Of a stretch of 16,515 nt of DNA, positions 1 to 9,243 are shown one piece after another. Where the stretch lies: contig JBBDRO010000107.1 in the NCBI GenBank assembly GCA_040905425.1, positions 1-16,515 of the forward strand. Direction: 5' to 3'. Source of the stretch: Gemmatimonadota bacterium. Its GTDB lineage: Bacteria > Gemmatimonadota > Gemmatimonadetes > Longimicrobiales > RSA9. The position numbers and the translations under genes were made by a program. The notes under the pieces were generated by a model. That model did no database searches. It had not been told where the DNA came from and worked only from the letters and a program-made list of their open reading frames with translations. Each line of letters begins with the position of its first letter. Positions within the stretch are counted from its first letter, which is position 1.

Positions 1-1146
1 GGCCTGCACGCCTTCCCCGCGCTCGCCAACGGACACACCCACGCCGCCATGACGCTCTTCCGCGGCTACGGGGACGATCTGCCGCTCATGGAATGGCTGG
101 AGACCCGTATCTGGCCGGCCGAAGCGCGCCTGAGCGAGGAGGATGTCTATCTGGGCACGCGGCTCGCGCTCCTCGAAATGATCCGCGGCGGCACCACCTA
201 CCTGAACGACATGTACTGGCACCGGCCCGGCGTGGTCCGGGCCGTGGAGGAGATGGGCGTGCGCGCCCACGTTGGCTCCGTCTTCATCGATCGGGGGAAC
301 GCGGCCACCGCCGCCCGCCAGCGGGACGCGGTGCTGGTGGAGATCCACGCGCGCGCCGAACTGGGCGAGCGCATCCGCATGGCGCTGGCCCCCCACGCCA
401 TCTACACGGTGGGCGTGGAGAACCTGGCATGGCTCGGCACGCTGGCGCGCGAGCACGGCCTGATGGTCCACATCCATCTTTCGGAGACCCGTCAGGAGGT
501 GGAGGCCTGCCTGGCCGAGCACGGCGTCCGCCCGGTGGCGCTGCTCGACCGGCTGGGCCTGCTCGGGCCGCACCTCGTGGTTGCCCATGGCATCTTCCTG
601 GACCCGGAGGAGATGGGCATGCTGGCCGCCGCCGGCGCCACGGTGGTGACCAACCCGAGCGCCAACCTGAAGCTGGCGGTGGGGGGCATCTTCGACTACG
701 ACGCGGCGCGCTCCGCCGGCCTGCGGGTGGCACTCGGCACGGACGGCGCCGCCTCCAACAACAACCTGGATCTGCTCGAGGAGATGAAGGTGGCGGCGCT
801 CGTGCAGAAGCACCGCGCGGGCAGGGCCACCTCGCTGCCGGCCGCCGAGGCGCTGGCGCTGGCCACCACGAACGCCGCGGCGGCCTTCGGCCTGGGCTCC
901 GGGCGCCTGGAGGTGGGCGCGCCCGCCGACCTCATCCTGGTGGACCTCTCCGACCCCGCCACCCAGCCGCTGCACGACCCCGTCTCCGCGCTGGTGTACG
1001 CCGCCAACGCGCACGCCGTCCACACCACCATCTGCCACGGGCGGGTGCTCATGCGGGCGCGCCAGGTTCTCGTGGCCGACGAGGCCGAGGTCGTGGCCAG
1101 CGCGGTGGCGGCGGCAACGGCGCTGCTCGAGCGCGTGGCTTCGTGA
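1..1146 (+). CDS. Amidohydrolase-superfamily deaminase, MtaD/DadD-like (5'-methylthioadenosine/S-adenosylhomocysteine deaminase family); 5' end lies outside the window
   Basis: Frame 1 is open from base 1 (GLHAFPALANGHTHAAMTLFRG), so the ATG at 49 is internal. Metal-binding HxH (NGHTH, codons 34-42) and motifs PHAIYT, HIHLSET, AHG and GTDGAASNNNLD are typical of this family. Substrate not determinable from motifs. Confidence 0.88.
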   Translation, partial: GLHAFPALANGHTHAAMTLFRGYGDDLPLMEWLETRIWPAEARLSEEDVYLGTRLALLEMIRGGTTYLNDMYWHRPGVVRAVEEMGVRAHVGSVFIDRGNAATAARQRDAVLVEIHARAELGERIRMALAPHAIYTVGVENLAWLGTLAREHGLMVHIHLSETRQEVEACLAEHGVRPVALLDRLGLLGPHLVVAHGIFLDPEEMGMLAAAGATVVTNPSANLKLAVGGIFDYDAARSAGLRVALGTDGAASNNNLDLLEEMKVAALVQKHRAGRATSLPAAEALALATTNAAAAFGLGSGRLEVGAPADLILVDLSDPATQPLHDPVSALVYAANAHAVHTTICHGRVLMRARQVLVADEAEVVASAVAAATALLERVAS

Positions 1147-2075
1147 AACGCACCCTCCGGGAGGCCATGAAGCGCGGGCTCAGGCTGCTCTTCGAGGGCG
1201 GCCAGCGTCTCGGCGTGGACATCCTGCCACGCCACTACTACTCGGAGATCCCCGACCTACGGGAACTGCGCCGTACGCGGCACTGGAGGCAGCCGCTCTC
1301 CATGGTCGGCGTGATGGGCACCGACATCGAGCGCCAGCTCGCGTTCGTGCGCACGCACTGTTCACCCGCGGTGCTGGAGGTGTTGCGCGCACGGGACGTC
1401 CATGCGGAGGCATGCGCGGCCAACGGAGGGCCGGGCTACGGGCGCGTGGAGGCGGATTTCCTCTACGCCTTCGTCCGGACGGCGCGTCCGCGCCAGATCT
1501 TCCAGATCGGCTGTGGCGTCTCCACCGCCCTCTGCCTGCGTGCCGCGGCGGACGCCGGTTACACACTTGAGCTCACCTGCGTGGAACCCTACCCGAACGA
1601 CTTTCTCCGCGACCAGGCGGCCCGCGGCGCGCTCACGCTGGTAGAACGGCAGGCGCAGCTACTGGAGCCGGAGCGCATCCGCGCGTTGGGCGCGGACCTG
1701 CTCTTCTTCGTGGACGCCACCCACACCCTGGGCCCCGCCGGGGAGGTGAGCCGCATCGTGCTGGACATGCTGCCGCTGCTGTCCGCCGGCGCCCACGTGC
1801 ACTTTCACGACATCACGTTTCCCTACGACTACGACCGCCACACCCTGGACCGCGCGCTGGTCTTCCCGCACGAGAGCGTGCTGCTGCACGCCTTCCTGGC
1901 GGGCAACGCGCGCTTCGAGCTGTGCGCGGCGCTCTCCATGCTGCACTACGCCGCGCCGGAACGGCTGCGCGCCCTCCTCCCCAACTACCGGCCGGCCGGC
2001 AACGATCACGGTCTGGCCACCGGGCCGGGCCACTTCCCGAGCGCGGCCTACCTGCGTGTGACGGATGGACCCTAA
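1143..2075 (+). CDS. Class I SAM-dependent methyltransferase (Methyltransf_24-like), about 310 aa
   Basis: Real part of ORF 93..2075. The GTG at 1143 overlaps the upstream stop (GTGA); an alternative ATG lies at 1167. Motifs: HYYSEIPDL, glycine-rich motif I (IFQIGCGVST), CVEPYP, LFFVDATH, VHFHDITFPYDY. Confidence 0.8.
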   Translation: MKRTLREAMKRGLRLLFEGGQRLGVDILPRHYYSEIPDLRELRRTRHWRQPLSMVGVMGTDIERQLAFVRTHCSPAVLEVLRARDVHAEACAANGGPGYGRVEADFLYAFVRTARPRQIFQIGCGVSTALCLRAAADAGYTLELTCVEPYPNDFLRDQAARGALTLVERQAQLLEPERIRALGADLLFFVDATHTLGPAGEVSRIVLDMLPLLSAGAHVHFHDITFPYDYDRHTLDRALVFPHESVLLHAFLAGNARFELCAALSMLHYAAPERLRALLPNYRPAGNDHGLATGPGHFPSAAYLRVTDGP

Positions 2076-5000
2076 CGCCCGCCGCCCCCCGGCCGCCGCC
2101 ACTTGTTCGGGAACGGTGGCTCGGGCTGCAGCACCACCGGATTCTCCTCCAGCAGCCTGAGCGCTTCGGCCACCGCCCGCTCGAGCTGCGGGTCCCGCCC
2201 GGCAGCCACGGCCGCGGGGGTCATCTCCACCTGGATATCGGGCGCCACGCCCTCGTTCTCCACGGCCCACGCGCCGTCCACGTCGAAGAAGCCGCCGCGC
2301 GGCGCGATCATGCTGCCCCCGTCCAGCAGAGGCGGCGTATCCCACGTGCCCACCAGACCACCCCAGGTGCGCGTGCCCACCAGCGGGCCCACGTCGTAGT
2401 AGCGGAACATGTAGGGCATCAGGTCACCGCCCGAGCCGGCCATCTCATTGATGATCATCACCTTGGGGCCCCAGATGCCGGCGGCGGGACTGGTGAATGG
2501 CGTACGCTCGCCCACGGGGTTGTTGAAGTAGCCGTGGATCTCCCGATTCATCAGCTCCACGATGTAGTCGGCCGCCGAGCCACCGCTGTTGAAGCGCTCG
2601 TCGATGACGGCCCCTGGCCGGTCCTGCTGGGCGTAGTACCAGCGGTTGAACGCGTCGTAGCCGCCCGTGCTGGTGTTGGGGATCCACACGTAGGCCAGCC
2701 TCCCGCCGCTCAACTCTTCCACTCGCCGGCGGTTGTCCTCGATCCACGCCGCGCGCCGCAGCCCGGTCTCGCTGCCGGTGGGCGCCACGGTGACGTGGCG
2801 CGCCCCCTGGTCGGTGGGCGCGTCGTTCACGCGCAGGATGGTCTGGCGCCCACTCGTGCCCTCGAAAAGGGCGTACGGGTTGGCGGGTGCCGCCAGCGCC
2901 ACGCCGTTCACCGCCAGGATGTAGTCCCCCTCGTCGATGCCCAGCCCGGGCGCCGCGAGCGGCCCCGTCAGTCCCGGACTCCACGCGTCGCCGGTGTAGA
3001 TGCGCGCGATCCGGTAGTGCCCGTCGGCCACCTCCAGGTCGGCGCCGAGCAGCCCCACGTCCACACGGTCCACGTCCGGCACGTCACCGCCCCGCACGAA
3101 GGAATGGCCGATGGAGACCTCCCCGCCCATGACGTCCAGCAGGTAGGTGAGGTCGGAGCGGTGGGCCACGTGCTCGGCCAGCGGCGCGTAGAGCGCCATC
3201 ACGCTGTCGAAGTCCGCGCCGTGCAGGTTGGGTACGTACAGGTAGTCGCGCTGGAAGCGCCAGCCCTCGGCGAACATCTGGGCAAATTCGGCGCGCGGAT
3301 CCACGCGCATGCGCACCCCGCCCACCGCCAGCGTGCCGCCGTTCCCGGAGGGCGGTGCCCGGTCGGCGTCCACTACCCGCCAGTTGGAACCCTGCCGCAG
3401 CAGGATCTTCTTGCCGTCCGCCGAGAGGGTGAAGGTGGACGCCCCCGCCACGAATTCCACGGCCTCCCGCTCCGCCAGGTCGTAGCGCATGACGCGCGCG
3501 GACTGCCCGGGACGGCTCTCCCGGTAGAAGACCTTCCCCTCCGTGCCGGCGGTGAGCGCGGCGTAGTCGCGCGCCGGCTCACCCACCGCCACGATGCGCT
3601 CCGCCAGCCCCGCGAAGTCTATGCGCACCTCCGGCGCCGCCGCCCGCCCGCCCCGGGTGCCGCCTGTACCTGGCGCCGTGGCCGAGTCCGCCGCCGCGGA
3701 CGTGTCCGCCCGCGCCCCGCGCGCCGACTCGTCCCCGGTTTCCGGCAGCAGCGGGCTGCTGCCGTCCGCGGCCAGCACGACCAGGTAGAGCGTCCGGCTG
3801 GCCGGCCGGTCGTAGCTGGTCATGTCCAGCCAGCCCGTGTTCAGGCCGAAGTCCGTGCCGGCCATGAACCACAGGTACTTGCCGCTCCGGTCCCAGGCGG
3901 GCTGGAAGGCATCGGCCAGCCCGTCCGTGACCTGGTGCACGCGGGCGTTCTCCACGTCATAGACGTGCACGGCGTGCAGTTGCGTGGGCAGCCGCTTGGC
4001 GTACGCGATCCACTTCGAGTCCGGTGACCAGACCGGATCCAGCGTGCGCGCCGGCACCATGTAGCGGTCGGTGTCCACGAGCGTGTTGCGGCCGCTCGCC
4101 ACGTCCACCACCCAGAGGTTCAGGTCGGTGTCCGTGAAGAGGATCCGGGAGCCGTCGGGGGACCAGGCGGGCGTGTAGTAGAAGGTGCCGCTCTCCAGCG
4201 GGATCTCCCGCCGCTCGCCTGTGCCATCCTGGCCCGCGATCACCAGCCGGTACTCGCCGCTGGCGTCACTGAACCACGCCACCCGCTCCCCGTCGGGAGA
4301 CCACGAGGGCGTCCGCTCCGCCACCCCGGGGGTGAGCGTCAGGTTGCGCCAGTCTCCCTCGTCCACGGGCAGGGTGAAGATCTCGCCGCGCGCCTCGAAG
4401 ATGGCCCGCTTGCCCGTGGGCGAGAGCGCTGGATTGGTGAGCCGGTTGCCCACGTCCTCCCAGCGCTCCACGAGCCACGGGAAGTCACCGCGCACGTGGA
4501 TCTCCACGCGCCGTGACTCTCCGCTGGCGGGATCCAGCAGGTGGATCCAGCCGCCCTGCTCGTAGGCCAGCACCCCGCCGCCGGCGTCCAGGCTCTTGAC
4601 GTCGTAGTCCGTGTGGCGCGTCACCTGCCGGAGTTCGCGGGTGCCCGTGTGATACGCCCATACGTTGGCGGCCCAGTCCCGGTCCGAGAGGAAGTAGACG
4701 GTCTCCCCCAGCCACACCGGGTCGAGATCGTTGCTGCCGTCCCAGGGCGGCGTATCCAGTTCCAGATCATCCAGGTCCACGATCCACACCGGCCGCACCT
4801 GGCCGCCCCGATAGTTCCTGAATTCCTCCTCCCAGGGGCTGACCATCTGGTAGGCCAGGCGCCGGCCGTCCGGGGACAGGCTCCCCCGGGCCGCGCGCCC
4901 GAGCGGCAGCTCCTCCGGCAGCCCACCCTCCAGCGCCACGGTCCAGAAGGTCGGATTGCCGGACGGCGCGTCCGTCCGCCCCGAGGCAAAGAGCACCCGC

Positions 5001-5362
5001 GCCCCGTCAGGCGACCACCCCTGCACCACGTCGCCGGCCGGGTGCCAGGTCAGCCGCCGCGGCTCCCCGCCCTCCGCCGGCACCACGTACACGTCGGTAT
5101 TGCCCCCGTACTGGGCCGAGAAGGCCAGCCAGCGCCCGTCGGGGGAGAAGTGTGGCTGCGTCTCCTGGCCCTGGAAGCTGGTGATGCGCCGCGCATCACC
5201 GCCGCCGCGGCCCACCACCCAGATGTCGTTGGCATACGTGAACGCAATGCGCTCCGCGCTCACGGTGGGCTGGCGCAGGAGGCGCGTGCCCTGCGCGTGG
5301 AGAGCGGGCGCCGGGAGCGTGATGAGCGTCGTCGCCAGAAAAATCCGTAGTGTGCGCGTCAT
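2072..5362 (-). CDS. Tricorn-like S41 family serine protease with signal peptide, PD40/beta-propeller repeats, PDZ and catalytic domain, about 1096 aa
   Basis: Start re-called at ATG 5362 ([24 protein letters not shown], Sec signal with AxA). Repeated P-x-W/F-SPDG motifs, PDZ-like [18 protein letters not shown], catalytic Ser motif [22 protein letters not shown] and the His region GEVSIGHS. Confidence 0.93.
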   Translation of the reverse strand: MTRTLRIFLATTLITLPAPALHAQGTRLLRQPTVSAERIAFTYANDIWVVGRGGGDARRITSFQGQETQPHFSPDGRWLAFSAQYGGNTDVYVVPAEGGEPRRLTWHPAGDVVQGWSPDGARVLFASGRTDAPSGNPTFWTVALEGGLPEELPLGRAARGSLSPDGRRLAYQMVSPWEEEFRNYRGGQVRPVWIVDLDDLELDTPPWDGSNDLDPVWLGETVYFLSDRDWAANVWAYHTGTRELRQVTRHTDYDVKSLDAGGGVLAYEQGGWIHLLDPASGESRRVEIHVRGDFPWLVERWEDVGNRLTNPALSPTGKRAIFEARGEIFTLPVDEGDWRNLTLTPGVAERTPSWSPDGERVAWFSDASGEYRLVIAGQDGTGERREIPLESGTFYYTPAWSPDGSRILFTDTDLNLWVVDVASGRNTLVDTDRYMVPARTLDPVWSPDSKWIAYAKRLPTQLHAVHVYDVENARVHQVTDGLADAFQPAWDRSGKYLWFMAGTDFGLNTGWLDMTSYDRPASRTLYLVVLAADGSSPLLPETGDESARGARADTSAAADSATAPGTGGTRGGRAAAPEVRIDFAGLAERIVAVGEPARDYAALTAGTEGKVFYRESRPGQSARVMRYDLAEREAVEFVAGASTFTLSADGKKILLRQGSNWRVVDADRAPPSGNGGTLAVGGVRMRVDPRAEFAQMFAEGWRFQRDYLYVPNLHGADFDSVMALYAPLAEHVAHRSDLTYLLDVMGGEVSIGHSFVRGGDVPDVDRVDVGLLGADLEVADGHYRIARIYTGDAWSPGLTGPLAAPGLGIDEGDYILAVNGVALAAPANPYALFEGTSGRQTILRVNDAPTDQGARHVTVAPTGSETGLRRAAWIEDNRRRVEELSGGRLAYVWIPNTSTGGYDAFNRWYYAQQDRPGAVIDERFNSGGSAADYIVELMNREIHGYFNNPVGERTPFTSPAAGIWGPKVMIINEMAGSGGDLMPYMFRYYDVGPLVGTRTWGGLVGTWDTPPLLDGGSMIAPRGGFFDVDGAWAVENEGVAPDIQVEMTPAAVAAGRDPQLERAVAEALRLLEENPVVLQPEPPFPNKWRRPGGGGR

Positions 5363-5421
5363 GGCGTACCTGCCGTTGGAGGAATGGCATGGGGGGCCGG
5401 AGGGAGGAAGGGCCCGCAGCC

Positions 5422-5450
5422 AATCTGCGTCCCTGTCCACTCCTTTTCAA
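5422..5450 (-). promoter_or_regulatory. Possible sigma70-type promoter for the tricorn gene
   Basis: Minus strand TTGAAA (5450-5445), 17 nt, CAGATT (5427-5422), about 60 nt upstream of the ATG. The -35 match is good and the -10 match is weak. Confidence 0.25.
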
Positions 5451-5564
5451 GCGACGTCCCCGCGCACCTTTCCGGCGGCGCGTCACGCATGCACATTGCG
5501 TCCGCGGAACCCGATCCTGACGCCGGGCACGCCGGCGCGTCTCACCCGCACCCCCCGAGCCGCC

Positions 5565-6977
5565 ATGGCCGTCGCGCACCCGCCCTTCTTCGAGCAGGTC
5601 AACCGCTACTTCGATCGCGCCGCCAGCCATACGGCCCACCCAGAGGGTCTCCTGCACCAGATCAAGGCGTGCAACAGCGTCTATCACATGACCTTCCCGC
5701 TGCGGCGGGATGATGACTCCATCGAGGTCATCCACGCGTGGCGCGCCGAGCACAGCATGCACAGCCGGCCCGTGAAGGGCGGGATCCGCTTTGCCGACTT
5801 CGTGAGCGAGGACGAGGTCGTGGCGCTGGCCGCGCTGATGACCTACAAATGCGCCGTGGTGGACGTCCCCTTCGGGGGCGCCAAGGGCGGCGTGCGCATC
5901 GATCGGAACAAGTACTCGCTGGCCGAGATCGAGCGCATTACCCGGCGCTACACCTTCGAGCTCATCAACAAGAACTTCATCGGCCCCGCGCTGGACGTGC
6001 CCGCCCCCGACTACGGTACGGGGCCCCAGGAGATGTCGTGGATCCTGGACACCTACATGGCCATGTCACCCGGACAGATCGACGCCCAGGGCTGCGTCAC
6101 GGGCAAGCCGGTCGCCGAGGGCGGGGTCAGGGGCCGCACGGAAGCCACCGGGCGTGGCATCTTTTACGGGGTGCGGGAGGCCGTGAACCAGCCGGAGGAG
6201 ATGAAGCCGCTGGGCCTCGAGCCGGGGCTGGACGGCAAGACGGTGGTGGTCCAGGGGCTGGGCAACGTGGGCTACCACGCCGCCCGTTTTCTCCAGGAGG
6301 GCGGCGCGCGCATCATCGGGCTGGCGGAGTACGAGGGAGCCATCCATGATCCCGCGGGGCTGGACGTGGAGGCCGTGGTGGCGCACCGCAAGGAGACCGG
6401 CTCCATTCTGGGATTTCCCGGCGCCACCGACCTGCCCGACAGCGCCGCGGCCCTGGAGCTGGAGTGTGACATCCTGGTGCCGGCGGCGCTGGAGAATCAG
6501 ATCACCGTCCACAACGCCGATCGCATCCGCGCGAAGGTCGTCGCCGAGGGCGCCAACGGGCCCACCACGGCGGACGCCAGTAAGCGCCTCCTGGAGCGCG
6601 GCGTCCTCATCCTGCCCGACATGTACCTGAACGCGGGCGGCGTGACCGTCTCCTACTTCGAGTGGATCAAGAACCTCTCCCACGTCCGCTTCGGGCGCAT
6701 GGGGCGCCGCTTCGAGGAGTCCAGCAACAGGCGGCTGCTGCGTGCGGTGGAGGAGCTGACCGGCTTTAGCCTGCGGCCGGAGACGCTGGCGGAGGTGGCC
6801 GCGGGCGCGGGCGAGCTGGACCTGGTGAATTCGGGGCTGGAGGACACCATGGTGAGCGCCTACCAGGAGATCGTGGAGATCGCCCGCCGCGAGGCCATCG
6901 ACCTGCGCTCGGCGGCATACGTGAGCGCCATCAATCGGGTGGCCCGCTCCTATCTGTCGCGGGGCATCTTCCCGTAG
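5565..6977 (+). CDS. gdhA: Glu/Leu/Phe/Val dehydrogenase, most likely NAD(P)-dependent glutamate dehydrogenase of the animal-like type, about 470 aa
   Basis: Start re-called at ATG 5565 ([12 protein letters not shown]). Motifs [43 protein letters not shown], Rossmann [27 protein letters not shown]. Confidence 0.93.
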   Translation: MAVAHPPFFEQVNRYFDRAASHTAHPEGLLHQIKACNSVYHMTFPLRRDDDSIEVIHAWRAEHSMHSRPVKGGIRFADFVSEDEVVALAALMTYKCAVVDVPFGGAKGGVRIDRNKYSLAEIERITRRYTFELINKNFIGPALDVPAPDYGTGPQEMSWILDTYMAMSPGQIDAQGCVTGKPVAEGGVRGRTEATGRGIFYGVREAVNQPEEMKPLGLEPGLDGKTVVVQGLGNVGYHAARFLQEGGARIIGLAEYEGAIHDPAGLDVEAVVAHRKETGSILGFPGATDLPDSAAALELECDILVPAALENQITVHNADRIRAKVVAEGANGPTTADASKRLLERGVLILPDMYLNAGGVTVSYFEWIKNLSHVRFGRMGRRFEESSNRRLLRAVEELTGFSLRPETLAEVAAGAGELDLVNSGLEDTMVSAYQEIVEIARREAIDLRSAAYVSAINRVARSYLSRGIFP

Positions 6978-6989
6978 CGCGCCGCGGCA

Positions 6990-7021
6990 ACATGAAACCC
7001 CGCCGCCCGAAGGCAGCGGGG
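6990..7021 (-). terminator. Intrinsic terminator on the minus strand (may also act as a barrier for gdh)
   Basis: Minus strand reads CCCCGCUGCC-UUCG-GGCGGCGGGG-UUUCAUGU: 10-bp stem with one G-U pair, C(UUCG)G tetraloop and a short U-rich tail. On the plus strand the same position is a C-A mismatch and has no U tail. Confidence 0.7.
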
Positions 7022-7100
7022 CTCCATGCCGATCGGCAGGGGGAGTGGAGTCCCCGCACGACCGCGCCGGTGCACCGCCCTGCGCGGGACGGTGGCCGGG

Positions 7101-7406
7101 TCAGCTGCCCGTGGGGCTGCGGCCCAGGGTCTCCAGGTTGAAATCCTCCGGCAGAGGGACAACACGAACGTGATCAGGCGCATGGGTCAGGACGGTGCCG
7201 GCGGGCGCCAGCGCGGGAGCGGCCGGGACGTCCAGCAACTGGCTCTGGTCCACGTCGGCCGGACGCGCCTGGCGCGCCTGATGCGCCTGCTGTGCCCCGA
7301 AGGCGGTCACGCCCACCAGCGCGGCGAAGCTCACCGCGATGGCTGCTCGCGCTGCGGCCAGCCGGAAGGCTTCATTCATGCTGGGGCTCTGAGATTGCTC
7401 GTCCAT
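7101..7406 (-). CDS. Hypothetical small protein (101 aa) with one hydrophobic TM/signal segment
   Basis: SD-like AGAGGGA just upstream of the ATG; hydrophobic stretch AAIAVSFAALVGVTAFGA; fills an otherwise empty gap; upstream promoter motif and downstream terminator are on the same strand. An alternative start is the Met10 codon. Confidence 0.65.
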   Translation of the reverse strand: MDEQSQSPSMNEAFRLAAARAAIAVSFAALVGVTAFGAQQAHQARQARPADVDQSQLLDVPAAPALAPAGTVLTHAPDHVRVVPLPEDFNLETLGRSPTGS

Positions 7407-7470
7407 CGTTCCCTCTATCGGTATGCCACGCGGATCCAGCCGCGCTGTGCTCGATTCGTTCAGTTCGCCC

Positions 7471-7497
7471 TACGGCCCTCACGCCGGGCGGGTTTCA
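7471..7497 (-). promoter_or_regulatory. ECF sigma-factor-type promoter motif TGAAAC-N17-CGTA
   Basis: Plus strand GTTTCA at 7492-7497 and TACG at 7471-7474, 17-nt spacer. Matches the Bacillus SigW/SigM-type consensus and lies about 65 nt upstream of ORF 7406. Confidence 0.5.
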
Positions 7498-7589
7498 TCC
7501 CCGCTGTCCCATGAGATGGCGCCGGGACGTTGTTTGGTTGCACGGCCGCGCTCGGCGGGCCAGGATCACCGGGCCGGCGCGCCGTGGAG

Positions 7590-7614
7590 GGAACCGTGGC
7601 ACCGCGGGCGTGTT
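7590..7614 (+). promoter_or_regulatory. ECF sigma-factor-type promoter motif GGAAC-N17-GTT
   Basis: GGAAC at 7590-7594 and GTT at 7612-7614. Resembles SigH/SigR and EcfG-type consensus and ends about 40 nt upstream of ATG 7654. Confidence 0.45.
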
Positions 7615-7653
7615 TCAGTGATGGGCCGGGAGCCCCGAGCCGCAGGAGGAGCC

Positions 7654-8289
7654 ATGAGTCGAGCCAGCCGGAACCACGCGCACGCGCACCGTGCCGCGCT
7701 TGTGGGCGCGAGCCTCTCGGTCGGGCTGCACGTGGCGGTCTTCGCGCTCGTAAGCGTGCGCGTACCCGTGGGCTCCACCAACGAGGATGTGATCCGCCTG
7801 GCCACGAGTCTGCCCGCGCCACAGAGCCGCACCGAGCGGCGCACGCCGGAGGAGCGGCCGGAGGAGCTGCAGCTGGTGCGGACGGAGGCGCCCATCGGCG
7901 TGCAGGCGAGCGGCGACGCATCCCCGACGGCGAGCACCCTCGGCAGTCGCACGGCGAACGCGGCGAGCGCCGCGCCCGTGGCGGCCGCCGGGGGGGAGCT
8001 GGCGGCAAGCTACGAGCCGCTGCGGCTCATCCATCCGTCGCAGCGCACCGTGAGCGCCCGGGTGGCGTACACGGACACGACCGCCTTCTCGGCCACCGTG
8101 GTGGCCGCGTCGAGCACGGCGGACGGGGCGCCGCCGCTCTACGACGGCGGCGCGGTGGCCAGCGCCAAGCAGCGCTGGGCGGACGCCGCGGGCGTGGGAG
8201 CCCGGGGCGCCGGGCTGCGGGTGGGGCTGGGCGGCGGGGGCGCATGCGGCATTCCTGGCCGCCGCGGGCCCGTCACGAGCTGGTTCTGA
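7654..8289 (+). CDS. Hypothetical membrane-anchored protein (211 aa) with TonB/TolA-like N-terminal TM (SxxxH) and Ala/Ser/Thr-rich extracytoplasmic region
   Basis: Strong SD AGGAGG (7644-7649) before ATG 7654; TM segment [21 protein letters not shown]; stop is 35 nt before msrP on the same strand. Confidence 0.7.
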   Translation: MSRASRNHAHAHRAALVGASLSVGLHVAVFALVSVRVPVGSTNEDVIRLATSLPAPQSRTERRTPEERPEELQLVRTEAPIGVQASGDASPTASTLGSRTANAASAAPVAAAGGELAASYEPLRLIHPSQRTVSARVAYTDTTAFSATVVAASSTADGAPPLYDGGAVASAKQRWADAAGVGARGAGLRVGLGGGGACGIPGRRGPVTSWF

Positions 8290-8324
8290 AGCCGACTGAT
8301 GCCATCCCTCTCACCAGGCACACC

Positions 8325-9242
8325 ATGATCATCCGCTCCTCGTCCTCGCGCGACATCCCCTCCTCCGAGATCACGCCCTACGATGTCTACATGGGCCGCC
8401 GCCGCTTCATCGGCCGGGTGGCCGCCGGCGCGGCCGCCGCGGCGCTGGTGCCGGGCACCCTCACGGCCTGCACCGACGAGGTGGAGGCGCAGGAGGAGCT
8501 CACGCCCTACGACGACGTAACCAGCTACAACAACTTCTACGAGTTCGGTACCGGGAAGAGTGACCCCGCGGCCAACGCCCATACGTTGAAGACCGAGCCG
8601 TGGTCCATCGAGGTATCCGGGCTGGTGAAGAACCCGGCCACGTACGCGCTCGAGGACTTCGTGAAGCCGTACACGGTGGAAGACCGCGTGTACCGGCTGC
8701 GCTGCGTGGAGGCGTGGTCCATGGTGATCCCCTGGCGGGGCATTCCCCTGGCCGACGTCGTACGCCGCCTGGAGCCGTTGCCGTCCGCGAAGTTCGTCCG
8801 CTTCGAGACGCTTCACGACCCCGCGCAGATGCCCGGGCAGCGCGCGCCGATCCTGGATTGGCCCTACGTGGAGGGGCTCCGCATGGACGAGGCGCTGCAC
8901 CCGCTGGCCTTCCTGGCCACGGGGCTCTACGGCCGGGACCTCCCCAATCAGAACGGTGCGCCGTTCCGCCTGGTGGTGCCGTGGAAGTACGGCTTCAAGA
9001 GCATCAAGTCCATTGTCAAGATCCAGTTCGTGGAACGGCAGCCCGTGTCCAGCTGGGAGAAGTCCAACCCGCGGGAGTACGGCTTCTACTCCAACGTCAA
9101 TCCGAACGTGGACCACCCGCGCTGGAGTCAGGCCCGCGAGCGGCGCATCGGCGAATGGCGCAAGCGTGACACCCTCATGTTCAACGGCTATGACGAGGTG
9201 GCTCCGCTCTACGCCGGGATGGACCTGCAGAAGAATTTTTAG
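8325..9242 (+). CDS. msrP: Protein-methionine-sulfoxide reductase catalytic molybdo-subunit MsrP (YedY), about 305 aa
   Basis: Start re-called at ATG 8325. SSEITP leader, Tat motif [14 protein letters not shown], Mo-ligand [57 protein letters not shown]. Confidence 0.96.
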   Translation: MIIRSSSSRDIPSSEITPYDVYMGRRRFIGRVAAGAAAAALVPGTLTACTDEVEAQEELTPYDDVTSYNNFYEFGTGKSDPAANAHTLKTEPWSIEVSGLVKNPATYALEDFVKPYTVEDRVYRLRCVEAWSMVIPWRGIPLADVVRRLEPLPSAKFVRFETLHDPAQMPGQRAPILDWPYVEGLRMDEALHPLAFLATGLYGRDLPNQNGAPFRLVVPWKYGFKSIKSIVKIQFVERQPVSSWEKSNPREYGFYSNVNPNVDHPRWSQARERRIGEWRKRDTLMFNGYDEVAPLYAGMDLQKNF

Positions 9243-9243
9243 C

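Noticed and set aside
93..1142. N-terminal 350 aa of the 660-aa ORF, suggesting a fusion to the methyltransferase
   Set aside because: Off-frame overlap with the amidohydrolase; Arg/Gly/Pro-rich; the GTGA coupling at 1143 gives a better start.
3640..3740. Ala/Gly/Arg-rich low-complexity segment in the tricorn protease
   Set aside because: A variable linker at this position is common in bacterial tricorn homologs; no intein or frameshift signs.
1922..4027. 701-aa plus-strand ORF
   Set aside because: Antisense shadow of the tricorn gene; Arg/His/Ala-rich with no motifs, as expected from GC-rich codon bias.
4956..5564. N-terminal extension of the GDH ORF
   Set aside because: Overlaps the tricorn gene on the opposite strand; GDH similarity begins near ATG 5565.
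7414..7428. Sigma54-like TGGCA motif on the minus strand upstream of ORF 7406
   Set aside because: The -12 element is GA rather than GC, and it sits too close to the start codon.
7530..8324. Long N-terminal extension of MsrP (570-aa ORF)
   Set aside because: Would bury the Tat signal; low-complexity off-frame translation of the 7654..8289 gene, which has a strong SD.
8370..8512. Short direct repeat TCACGCCCTACGA within msrP (EITPYD / ELTPYD)
   Set aside because: Both peptides correspond to normal MsrP sequence features; only two copies, so not a CRISPR or insertion footprint.
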